Below, piece by piece: positions 10,113 through 19,840 of a stretch of DNA of 19,840 bases (its first letter is position 1; each line of letters begins with the position of its first letter). The stretch comes from Cyanophora paradoxa CCMP329 (lineage: Eukaryota > Plantae > Glaucophyta), in the NCBI GenBank assembly GCA_004431415.1, contig QPMI01000389.1:1-19840 (forward strand). The letters run 5' to 3'. Made by a program: the position numbers and the translations under genes. The notes below the pieces were generated by a model. It did no database searches. It was not told the DNA's origin and saw nothing but the letters and a program-made list of their open reading frames with translations.

Positions 10113-10184
10113 AGCCCCATAGCTCATGGGTAGAGCGCCGGACGCACACACCGGAGGTGCGAGGTTCAAGTCCTCGTGGGGCTA
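10113..10184 (+). tRNA. tRNA-like RNA; nominal CAC anticodon but no U33 and a 31-39 A/A mismatch
   Basis: AGCCCCA-TA-GCTC ATGGGTA GAGC-G-CCGGA CGCACAC ACCGG-AGGTG-CGAGG TTCAAGT CCTCG-TGGGGCT-A; 72-nt cloverleaf with A and B boxes. Confidence 0.75.
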
Positions 10185-10193
10185 GCCGTCCAC

Positions 10194-10198
10194 TTTTT
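10194..10198 (+). terminator. Pol III oligo(T) terminator after tRNA-like copy 2
   Basis: TTTTT 9 nt after the discriminator base. Confidence 0.6.
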
Positions 10199-10767
10199 GC
10201 CGGGTGTCGGCGCGCGGCTCGCGGGGTTTGGCGCGGCGTGCGAGGCCGGCCGGCGGCTCGCGCTATAGCTAGCGCTCGAGCTCGACGGTCTAGATCCAGA
10301 TCTGTGCACGAACACGCGCATGCGCGGCGCTCTTCGTAAACGCGCTCGAACGCGGGCCCCGGGTGTGCCGGTGCCCTCGGCCGCGGGCACGCTCGCAACG
10401 CGCGCCGCGGGCGCACGCGGACGCGTACGGGACCTCCCAATGAAATGAAGAGGGATGAACTGCAGCCAGAGCGCTGCAGTTGCATGGTCGGTCCAAAAGA
10501 AGTCAATTGCAACCCCACCGGCGGTGTCCTTCCCGGGTTTTCCCGAGTGGGAACGCGCCCTCCCTTCCTTTTCCCTTCTAGTATCTATACTCTCTTTCTT
10601 CCCACTTTGACCTTCAAAAGTGGATAAAAATGTATGGTCGGCCGCGCGCGCAACCTTTTGGAAGACGGAGCGCACCCCCGGGCCGGCAGCTAGAGAACTG
10701 CAGCTGCTACCCGCTGCCATATTTTGACAGCCAGCGAGCGCCAGCGCTGCACTTTAGAGGCGGGGCG

Positions 10768-13700
10768 CTAGCCGGCGGCGGGGGCGAGGGCGGGGGCGGG
10801 GGCATCGGCGCGGGCCTCGGCGGCGGCGCGGCGAAGCCAGAGGGGGAGGGCGGGGCCGAGGGCGGCGGCGGCGGCGGCGCAGAGCTCCTCGAGGGGCTCG
10901 AGGACGACCCCGGGGGCGCCCCGGGCGAAGAGCTCGCGGGCGGCGGCGAAGAAGAGGGTCCCCTCGCACGCCGCCCGCGCCGCCGCGTCGGGGAGCTCCC
11001 CCGCGGCGGCGAGCTCGCGCCAGGCCGCCTCGTCGGCGCGCACCGCCTCGAGCCAGAGGGGCGCCAGGTCCTCCCCGGCCCCTCCTCCTCGAGGCGCGCC
11101 CCGCACGAGGCGAAGAGCCCGAGGGCCGCCGAGAGGAGCCGGCGGGGGCCCTCGGGGTCCGCCCCCGCGAGGCGCGCGCAGGCGGCGACGACCCGCGGGG
11201 CGTGGGGAGGGCGTGGATGGGCTCCGCGCGGGCGGCGGCGGCGACCTCGTTGGCGAGGGCGACGGCGCGCACGAGGGCCTCGTCCCCGCGCAGGGCGGCG
11301 AGGGCGGGGGCCCCGCGGGGCCCGCCCCAGGGCGGCGAGCTTGGCGAGGGCGAGCAGCGCCGAGCAGCGGGCGGGGTCGCGGCCCGGGGCGGGGCGGCCG
11401 TGGCGGCGAGGGCGGGGGCGGCCTCGTCGAGGCGGCCGGCCTGGAGGAGGAGGAGGGCGCGGAGGCCGGGGCGCGCGGCGGCGAGGCGCTCGACCTCGCC
11501 GGCGAGCTCGGGCTCGCGCGCCGCCTCCAGCAGCCGGCCCGTGCGGCCCGTGTCGGCGTAGAAGGCGAGGAGCGGGCCCGCGAAGTCGGGGCCCCGCCGG
11601 GCGAGGAGCTCCCGCAGGTGCGCGTCGGCCTGCTCGCGGGAGAGGAGCGGGGCGCCCTCCGAGCCGTCGCTCCCCGCCACGAGCAGCTCCGCGAGGGCCC
11701 GCAGGTCCCCCGTGCGCTCCGCCAGCGCCATCGCCCGCGCCGCGTCGCGGCAGGTGCGCCAGAGGGCGCGGACGAGGGCGGCGCGGGGCTGGGCGACGGG
11801 GGCGCCCTGGAGGGCGAGGGCGTCGAGGAGGACGGCGCCGAGCTCGGCGACGTGCCTCGCGAGCCCCTCGCGGTGCGCCCCGGGGCCCCACCGCCTCCAG
11901 CGCCCGCCCCACCAGCTGCTCCACCGCCCCGTCGCCCTGCGCCCCGCCCCCGCCCTCGCACCCCCGCCCCGCACCCACGCCCCCTGGCACGCGCACCACG
12001 CCGCCCCGCCCACGGCGGCAGGTACTCCGGCGAGGCGCCCGGCGGGTGCCTGGCCGGATGTCAGACGCGGGAAGGGCGGAGCGGGGCGGGGCGGGGCGGG
12101 CGCGGGGCGCACGAGAGCTCGTGGAGGATGGCGGAGGGGCGCAGGAGCGCCAGCGCGAAGCTGCCGCACCGTCGGCGCGGTGGCGGGCGGGGCGGGGCGG
12201 GGCGGGGCGGGGCACCTGTTGGCGGCGAAGGAGGCGGAGGGGGCGAGCTCGGGGCGGGCGTAGGGGTCGCGCTGGAGGCGGGGGAGGAGGGCGGCGAGGG
12301 CGGCCTCGAGGCGCGGGGCCTCGCTGTAGTAGACGTCGAAGGGGGAGACGGAGGCGGCCCAGTGCTCGAGGCGCCCCTGGACCGCCTCCTCGATCGCCTC
12401 CTCCACGAGCCGCAGCGGCGCCTCCGACTGCGAGCGCCCCGCCGCCGCCGCCGCCGCCAGCGTGTTCTGCACCGCCCGCCCCGCCACCGCCGCCCGCAGC
12501 CGCTGCCCCGTCTCCACCAGCCCCCTCCGCGTCTCCTCCGCTGCAGGGCGCTCAGCGGCGGGGCGGGGTCGGGGGCGGGGCGGGTGCGGACCGAGGGGCA
12601 GGGGCCGGAGGGCCTCAGCGAGGGCGTCGTGGCGTGCGAGGCGCTCGCGCAGGGCGCGCTCGAGCATGGGGCTCCCGCGGGGCGCGGGGCCGGCCCCCGC
12701 CCAGGCCTCGTCGGCGGCGGGCCGCTGGTGGGCGAGTGCGGCGTCGAGTGCGGCGGCGGAGCGGGCGAAGGCGGCGGGGTCGGCGTCGAGCTGGCGGCGG
12801 GCGAGGGCGCGGGCCGCCTCGACGCGCCCCTCCACCGCGAGCCGCAGCGCGTGCCCCAGCGCCCCTCCGCCTCCCCGCCCCCCGAACGAGGAGGCCGAGG
12901 GGAGGCCGGGGCGGGGGCGCGGGGGAGGGGGAGGGGGCGGCGGAGGGCGCGCGGGGCTCCTCGTAGAGGGAGGCGGCGCGCAGGAGGCCGCGGCGGGAGT
13001 GGAGGAGGGCGGGGCCGGCGCCCCCGGGGAGGGGCCCCGCCGCGAGGAAGGCGCCGGGCGCGCGGGGAGGAGCTCGCCGTCGGGGAGGACGCAGCACGAG
13101 GGGAGCAGCACGAAGGGCCGCGCCTCGGTCCCCGCCCGCCCCGCCACCAGCTGCAGCCGCGCCCCGGGCAGCTCCTCCGCCGGCAGCGCCCCCGCGGGGA
13201 GGTCGCGGCACCAGAGGGCGGCCCCCGGGGGCGGGAGGGAGCCGACGGCGGCGGGGTCGAGGGCGTGGAGGGAGAGGAGGGCTGGCCCGGGGGCCTCCAG
13301 CGCGTGCACGGCGAGCACGTGCAGCGCGCCCCCGACGAGCGCCGCGTCCGCCACCTGCACCGACGCCCACCGCCCCGCGTACTCCCCCGGCACCTCCGCC
13401 CGCAGCCGCGCTGCCAGGGGCGACTCCCCCGCGAACTGCGGCCGCCGCGAGCTCGGCGGGGGCGGGGAGGGAGGCGGGGGCGGGGACGCACGCGGGCGGG
13501 GCGTCGAGGCCGACGGTGTAGCGCTCGACGGTGGCCGCCTCGTCGCCCTTGAAGCAGAGCGCCTGCCCCCGCCCCGCCCGTCCGGCCCGCCGCGAGCGCC
13601 GCGACGGGCGAGGCCTGCGCGGGGCCGCGGCGGCCGCGGCGGAGGCTGCCGAGGAGGGCGCTGACGATGCCGGCGTGGCGGGCGAGGCGGGTCTGCTGGA

Positions 13701-14358
13701 GGGGCTGGAAGGGGTCGGCGGGGACGGCGAGCTGGATGAGGGCCCCGTCGCTGCACGCCACCAGCGCCCCCGACGGGAACCCCGCCACGCACTCCACCGT
13801 CGCCGACGCCCCCAGCTCCACGCTCCCGTCCTCGTACGAGAAGCCCGCGCGCAGCGGCCTGCCGCCCCTCAGCCGCCCTGCTCCCGCCAACGCGCGAGGA
13901 GCGCGCGTACCGCCGGAACAGGCGGAAGGTTCCTGCGGCCGTACAGGCGAGCATACCGAAGTCCGCTGCGCTCGAGCCGAGCGGGATTGTGGTGATTCGG
14001 CGATTGTAGCTGCGCGGGTGTGAGCGGCTGCGCGTGCAGTTGCCGAGCGAGCGCGGCGCGAGGCGCAGTCCCATCTCGCCATTCAAGCCGCCTCCCGTCT
14101 GCGCAAAGCGCACCTGCCTGCGTCTTCGCCCGGAAGCTCGTGGCTCACGACACTCTGCTGACCAGCGAGCGCTTTCCAGATGAACAGGCGGGGCGGTCCT
14201 ACAGATGAAGCTGCTGCTAGGAAGACATATGATGCAGACGTCTCCGGCGTGACGAAACCGCCGCACACGGCCGCATCGCCGAGAGTTGCGGCTACCGCCT
14301 CGCGCACGCTTGGAGGCAAGTCTGACGCTTGGACAACGTCGTAATGTGAGAGCTCCAT
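10768..14358 (-). CDS. NUP133: Nuclear pore complex protein Nup133, multi-exon
   Basis: Collinear peptides resembling Nup133 as recalled: MELSHYDVVQASDLPPSVREAV..RLFIWK (propeller start), ERALRERLARHDALAEAL, ETRRGLVETGQRLRAAV, SPFDVYYSEAPRLE, AMALAERTGDLRALAEL, FAGPLLAFYADTGRTGRLL, ALLALAKLAAL, LAPLWLEAVRADEAAW; stop at 10768-10770. Exon boundaries not fully traced. Confidence 0.85.
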
Positions 14359-14450
14359 CGCCGCAGAGAGAAGCTCTGCCGGTACCCCAGCCAAACCGGA
14401 GGAAGCTCTACCCCCGACTAGACTTTCGCAATCCGCCGCCCGCCGCAGCC

Positions 14451-16389
14451 ATGTTCTCCGCCCTCGGACGTGCGGCACGGGTGCGTCTTGCGATCCGGCT
14501 CGACCCTCCGCGGACGACGGGCGCCATAGCGGGTTGGCGGGCCGAATGGCGTAAGAGACGCCGCCCGGGGATCCCGTGGCGCCAAAGCCGGGCTCGCGAC
14601 CGGTATCGGGAGTACGCTGACGTCCCGGTCCTTTCCGTATGCTTTCTCGCAGTCCCTGCGCCCCGCCGGCGGCCTCAACATGCAGGCCGTCCGCCGGCTG
14701 AACCTGCACGAGCACGAGAGCCAGGAGCTCATGCGGGATTTCGGCATCAAAGTGCCGAAGGGCCAGGTCGCGAAGACGCCCGAGGAGGCGGAGAAGGCGG
14801 CCAAAGAGCTCAGTGCGCCCCACGCAATCTGCCCCACACGGGCCCCGACGGCCGACCGCGGACGCGTACGCAGACGTGCAGGACGTGGTCGTGAAGGCGC
14901 AAGTGCTGGCCGGCGGGCGTGGCCTCGGCAAGTTCACCAACGGCTTCCAGGGCGGCGTCCACATCTGCACGGAGTGCGGGGGGCGGAGGGGGCGGGGCGA
15001 GGGGCGGCGTGGCCGACGCGGGGCGGCGCAGGGCGAAGGACGCGAGGGAGATCGCGTCGAAGATGCTGGGCCAGCGGCTGGTGACGAAGCAGACGGGGGC
15101 GGAGGGGCGGCCGTGCAACAAGGTGTACGTCACGGAGCGCGTCTACCTGCGCAAGGAGTCCTACTTCGCGATCCTCATGGACCGCAAGCACGGCGGGCCC
15201 GTCCTCGTCGGCAGGCGCGGCCCCCGCCCCGCCGCCCCCGCCGCCCCTGAGGGCGCCCGGCAGCCCGCGCGGCGGCGTGGACATCGAGGGCGTCGCGGCG
15301 GCCACCCCGCACCTCATCTTCACCGTACGCGCCACGCGCTGCGGGCGGCGGCGGGCGGGTCCGGGGCGAGCGGGGCGGCGGGGCGCAGGAGCCGGTGGAC
15401 ATCACGAAGGGCCCGTCGAAGGAGCAGACGCTGCGCCTCGCCAAGGCCATGGGTTTCAGCGCCGCCTGCGTCCCCGCCGCCCAGGAGCAGATCGAGAAGC
15501 TCTACGCCCTCTTCATCAAGGTCCGCCCCGCCCCCGCCCCGCCCCGCGCCGCCCCCGCGGGCGTCGAGGCGGCGCGCAGTCGGACGCGACGCTGGTGGAG
15601 ATCAACCCGTTCGCTGAGACGCCCACCGGCGACGGTGCCCCCCGCCCGCCCCTGGACGCAGGGGCCGAACGCGGGGGCTGACGCGCGGGGGGCAGTACTG
15701 TGTGTGGACGCGAAGCTGAACTTCGACGACAACGCCGGCTTCCGGCAGAAGGAGGTCTTCGCGCGGCGGGACACCTCGCAGGAGGACGCCCGCGAGGTGC
15801 AGGCCGCCGAATTCGACCTCAACTACATCGGCCTGGACGGCAACATCGGGTGCCTCGTCAACGGGGCCGGCCTCGCGATGGCGACGATGGACATCATCAA
15901 GCTCTACGGCGGGAGCCCGGCGAACTTCCTCGACGTCGGGGGCGGCGCGAACGCGAAGCAGGTGACCGAGGCCTTCAAGATCCTCAACGCCGACCCCCGC
16001 GTCCAGGCCATCCTCGTCAACGTGCCCGCCCCGCCCCGCCCGCCCGCAGCCGCCGACGCGGCGGGGCGGGCGGGGGCCGGCAGATCTTCGGGGCATCATG
16101 CGGTGCGACATCATCGCGCAGGGGATCATCGAGGCCGCCTCCCAGGTCAAGATGCGCATCCCATCGTCGTCCGCCTCCAGGGCCCGCCCCCGCCCCGCCC
16201 CGCCCCGCGGCGGCGGCCAACTGGGGGCGCAGGGACGAACGTGGAGGCGGCGCGGGAGATGATCGGGAAGAGCAGCGTGCCGCTGGTGACCGAGTCGGAC
16301 CTGGACAAGGCGGCGCAGCTCTCCGTCGCCTCGCCGACATCCAGGCCAAGGCCGACGCCGCAGGCATCAAGGTCGCCTTCTCCCGGTAG
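14451..16389 (+). CDS. sucC: Succinyl-CoA ligase beta subunit, mitochondrial (ADP- vs GDP-forming not determined)
   Basis: Presequence-like [25 protein letters not shown], then [115 protein letters not shown]. Three 1-nt deletions near 16090, 16160 and 16327 must be corrected to keep the frame. Confidence 0.96.
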
Positions 16390-16650
16390 CCCCCTGGCTC
16401 CCCACCCCGCGCCGGCCCCCCCAGCCCGCCTCCCCCTGTAATATTGCACTTCTTTCCTTTCTCTCGGCGCTGTCTTTCTGGGGGGGGAAGGAGGCGGGGG
16501 GTGGGGAGGGGGCAAGGACCGGGTACGAGGGCGAACGCTTTGACGCACCAACTGACGCCGCCATGGCCTTCGTGCCCGCTGGCGCCGGCTCCGCACCGCG
16601 CGTCCAGCGCTGGACGCTCACCGCTCACCCGGTCAGGCGCTGCGATCGCG

Positions 16651-17651
16651 ATGGCGCAGCTCCAGCTGCAGCAGCCGTTCGACGCCGACGTCGCGCTGTC
16701 CGAGCAGCCCGAGGCCGCACCGCACGTTTGCGCCGAGTGACGCGCTGCTGGTACGAGCATCCGGCGACGATGTGCCGGTGCGGGAGGCCCTGGACCGGCG
16801 ATTCTCGTGCCGGTGCGCCGCGACTCGTCGCAGCGTTCACCGGAAGCGTCAGCCTGCGGGAGCTCGTTAGGCGCTCATCGAACGCGTTTCTGCGAGACCT
16901 CACTGAGATCGCTCGCCCGCAGGGCTTCGACGCGAGCCGGACGCGACGGCCGATCAGATCTTGAGCTGTCTGAAGGCAGGCCAGTTGGCGCCCTCCGCAT
17001 ACAACGAGCAGCCATTTCGGTTTGTTGTCGCTCTCAATGTGCGTCGCACAGCACGCGCCAGTGCTCGCATGCGCAGGCGCGAGGCGCGATGACGTTGACG
17101 TCGGCTGGCGCAGGGCGGGGAGGGCTGGGAGGGCATGCTGGCGAGCCTGATGCCGAAGAATCAGGAGAACGTGAAGAACGCCTCGGCGCTCGTCGCTGTG
17201 TGCGCCTGCAAGAACTTCCTCCACTCGGGGCCCGTCGGGCAGCCCAACGAGTGGCGCCGTGCGCCCGCCCGCCGAGCCACGCGGGGCGGCTCGGTGGGGC
17301 TCGAGGCGGGTGGCGGGGCGCAGGGTACGACGCGGGGGCGGCGGCGATGGCGCTCGAGCTGCGCGCAGCCTCCCTCGGCCTCGCCTCCCTCCAGGCGCGC
17401 CCCAGCCCGGCCCGCCCCGCGCGGCCGGGCCGTGCTCACGCGGGGCGGGGCAGATGGCGGGCTTCGAGGAGGGCGCCTCCGCCGGGCGGCCGGCATCCCC
17501 CACGACGCCGAGCCCATGGCCGTCGTCGCCATCGGCTACCCCGCGCCCCCAGGGGCCCGCAACGCCGCCCCCTCCCCACATCGCCTTCGGCGCCGGCCGC
17601 TGGGGCTCCCCCTCGAAGAACCCACAGAATGCAGTAGATGCGTTCGAGTAA
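16651..17651 (+). CDS. Nitroreductase-family flavoprotein (TdsD-like), intron-containing
   Basis: Motifs LRELVRRSS..F, DQILSCLKAGQLAPSAYNEQPFRFVV, YDAGAAAMALELRAASLGLASLQ/MAGF, GIPHDAEPMAVVAIGYP and IAFGAGRWG. Start and end are approximate and several indels are present. Confidence 0.85.
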
Positions 17652-17655
17652 ACTT

Positions 17656-19840
17656 CTAGATGAACGGGTTGTCAGCCGGCCCGGCAGCGTTCCCGCGGCA
17701 GCGGGAGCCGGCGGGGCGGGGCGGGGCGGGGCGGGGGCGGGGGCGGCGGGCGGGGCGGCATGCGGCGCCGGGTGGTGGCGTGCCCGCCAAATGCGGTGGC
17801 CTTCTCGTCGTCGCCGTAGAGGCAGGAGCCTGGGCGCGTGAGGGCGATGGCGACGCGGGGCGGGCGCGGGGCGCGGACGCGCACCCTCGACGTCCTGGTC
17901 CGGTCCTGCGGCTCCTCCTCGTGGCCCCCGTGCCCCGCCCGCCCGGCCCCGCCCCGCCCCAGCCTGCGCCATGGGCCGCCCCGCCGCCGGGCGCTCGTGC
18001 CCTCGCCTCGGGCGGCCGCTTGTCGCCCGGGCTGGGACAGGTGAGGAGGCGGAGGCGGAGGCGACGGCTGCGGCGCAAGGAGGGGAGGAGGGGGATGTCG
18101 GGGTGGGCGCGGGGGCTTGGGGCGGCGGGCGACGGCGGGGCCCGGACTGAGGGGGTGGAGGGAGGGATGAGCGGGGCTTGGGCGGCGGGGGCTGGGGCGG
18201 GGCACCTTCTGGAGGATGAAGGTGGAGAAGATCATGATGAAGGAGGTGATGGTGATGATCTCCGTCCAGAAGAACGAGGCGAAGTCCATCAGGCACCGAT
18301 GGGCGGCGCCAGGGGCGCCGAGTTGCGGAACATCGGCAGCGCGAAGGTCATGCCGGAGTAGACGATGAGCATGGGAGCTCGGCCTTGCGGTTGCGGTAGA
18401 TGGCGACGCGCGCCGCAGCGTGAACGCCACGATCGACACCGCCCACATCCGCAGATGATGAAGATCGGGTACATGATGAAGATCCTGCGCCCCGCTCGCC
18501 CCCCGCCCACGGCGCAGGCCCGGCGCGGCGGGGCGGGCGGGAGCGGACCGGTGCGGCGGACGGACATGTGGACGGACTTGGCGCCGGGGAGGAGCGGAGG
18601 AGGCGGCCGGGGTCGGCGGGTCGGGGAAGACGGCCTTGAAGCCGTTGACGAGCGGCTCTCGAGCACGAGGTTGAAGTCGGCGCGCCGCCCTCCAGCTCCG
18701 TCCGTGATGTCACCTGCGCCCCGCGTCGCCCCGCCCGCCCCGCCCGCGCCCCGCCGCCGCGCCCCGCGCGCCTGGAGCGTCATCAGCGAGGCGTAGTTGT
18801 CGAAGGGTAGTCGGTGTTGGAGCCGTTGAGGAGGCGCAGGTTCACCCGAAGTCGTCAGCAGCGTGTTCTTCCGTAGTTGATCACGATCGTGTTCCTGCGC
18901 CCCGCCTCAGCTCCCGCCGCCCGCCGCCACGCCGCCCCCGCACCGCCGAATATCGAATGACGAACGCTTTTCGAACTCTCCTTCTGCCGTCTATGATCCT
19001 GGGGTCGTAGTTGAAGATCTCGCCTCCTGCGCGGGTGAGGAGCGGGGTGAGAGGCGGAGGAGGAAGGGGGCGGGGGCCGGGGCGGCCAGGGTGATGCGCT
19101 GCGTGTCTGGTTGATCGTTTGGACGTTGAGGTAGATGGAGAAGGTCGAGTTGCCGCCGCCGCGGGTAGGAGACAGCATGAATGTCTTGAGTCTGCACCGC
19201 AACAGATTCACAGTCAGCTCGCTCTCCGTAATAATATCGCCAAAGACAAGACATGTCGCCCTTGGGGACTATCTCAAGCCCCAAGGTCTATCTGAGGAGG
19301 TCTACAAATTGAGACTTCTGACCCTCTTGAAATAGTTGAGGTAACCGCGAAGGCGATCAGGACCTGGATCGGCAGGTCAGGACAGTAGGGTTTCAATGCA
19401 TGGACGGAGGAGGCTTTCGCCACCCATACCGTTAAGGCGAAAGGCGCAGGTCGTCCCAGGTGGATCGCGAACACCGCCGCGGCGGCAGCCGCTTCCTGAT
19501 CTTCTTCACTTGCTCGTTCTCCAGGATCTTGTCGACGCCCTGCTGGATGCCGGCCTGGATCTGGCCGCCGACCTGCTGGAGCGGCTTCCCGACGAATTCC
19601 TGCAGCGGCTTTCCCACGAACTCCTGCAGAGGCTTCCCGAGCTTCTCTTTCATCTGCGGCAAGCAGGGCGCGTGATGTCAGCGAGCGCCGGTGGCCGAAG
19701 CGGCGGCCCGCGGCCGTCCGGCGCGGCAAGAGGCACGAGCGACCGCGCGCCATCCCGCATTTGGAGTCTATCACCAATGCAGCGCTGCTAGCCGCGGCCC
19801 GAGCGGCGCGGAGCAGGCTTGGCGGACGGGCGGCGGACGT
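17656..19840 (-). CDS. DUF4436-like membrane protein, 5' end probably outside the window; frame disrupted in this assembly
   Basis: YPFDNY (near 18795-18810), VHMSVRRT..IFIMYPIFII and LIVYSGMTFALPMFRNSAPLAPPIG/CLMDFASFFWTEIITITSFIMIF match the recalled DUF4436 pattern (FA.P..RN..P..PPIG...D...F.W). Multiple frame changes between 18300 and 19500. Confidence 0.7.
19567..19638 (-). repeat. Coding 24-bp tandem repeat x3 (GKPLQEFV-GKPLQEFV-GKPLQQVG)
   Basis: Visible in the minus-strand ORF 19432-19662; boundaries approximate. Confidence 0.8.

Larger units (their letters stand above)
9991..10387 (+). repeat. Dispersed tRNA-like-containing element, copy 2
   Basis: Homologous to the reverse complement of 3327-3685, with the same block order. 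Confidence 0.85.

Noticed and set aside
10085-10117. Hammerhead ribozyme core (CTGA...GAAA) in the invariant 28-mer
   Set aside because: The sequence is CTGAACG, not CUGANGA, and the three-stem junction cannot be built.
10113-10184. Calling copy 2 a functional tRNA-Val(CAC)
   Set aside because: G at position 33, an A/A mismatch at 31-39, A1-U72, and an unrelated 10-nt loop in the paralogue argue against normal decoding.
3327-10387. Composite transposon carrying LIG4 between long inverted repeats
   Set aside because: The copies are substantially diverged, no transposase or target-site duplication is visible, and the cargo is an ordinary intron-rich housekeeping gene.
10458-10481. Perfect 9-bp hairpin AACTGCAGC/GCTGCAGTT
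   Set aside because: Isolated, built on a palindromic CTGCAG core, with no other support.
16084-16340. Frameshifts in conserved genes (SCS-beta near 16090, 16160, 16327; LIG4 near 6515, 6660; nitroreductase near 16940) read as pseudogenisation, programmed frameshifting or insertional editing
   Set aside because: Each is fixed by adding one G or C to a short run, the typical long-read consensus error, and flanking motifs are intact. Accurate DNA reads versus cDNA would settle it.
100-19791. Many long Arg/Pro/Gly/Ala-rich ORFs in the six-frame track (e.g. 10630-12966 +, 11213-13552 +, 6265-8151 -)
   Set aside because: Stop-codon scarcity in very GC-rich DNA; they are antisense or off-frame shadows of the spliced genes.

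Overview
Very GC-rich eukaryotic (probably protist or algal) nuclear DNA, dense with short (~47-82 nt) spliceosomal introns, so the raw ORF track is mostly misleading. Manual splicing gives: a TPR-repeat protein (+), DNA ligase IV (+), a poorly resolved hypothetical gene (-), nucleoporin Nup133 (-) head-to-head with mitochondrial succinyl-CoA ligase beta (+), a bacterial-type nitroreductase (+) and a DUF4436-like membrane protein (-, runs off the window). The most unusual feature is a ~360-400 bp non-coding element present twice in opposite orientation (3327-3685 minus; 9991-10387 plus). Each copy has a structured ~120-nt 5' module, an abutting tRNA-like cloverleaf whose stems co-vary but whose anticodon loop is aberrant and differs between copies, a T5 terminator, and a conserved downstream block. 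The introns are also atypical: 11 of 29 traced are GC-AG, the donor consensus is G(T/C)(G/C)CGC, there is usually no polypyrimidine tract, and the C-rich 5' and G-rich 3' halves are complementary. Several single-base losses in homopolymers break conserved frames and are probably sequencing errors.
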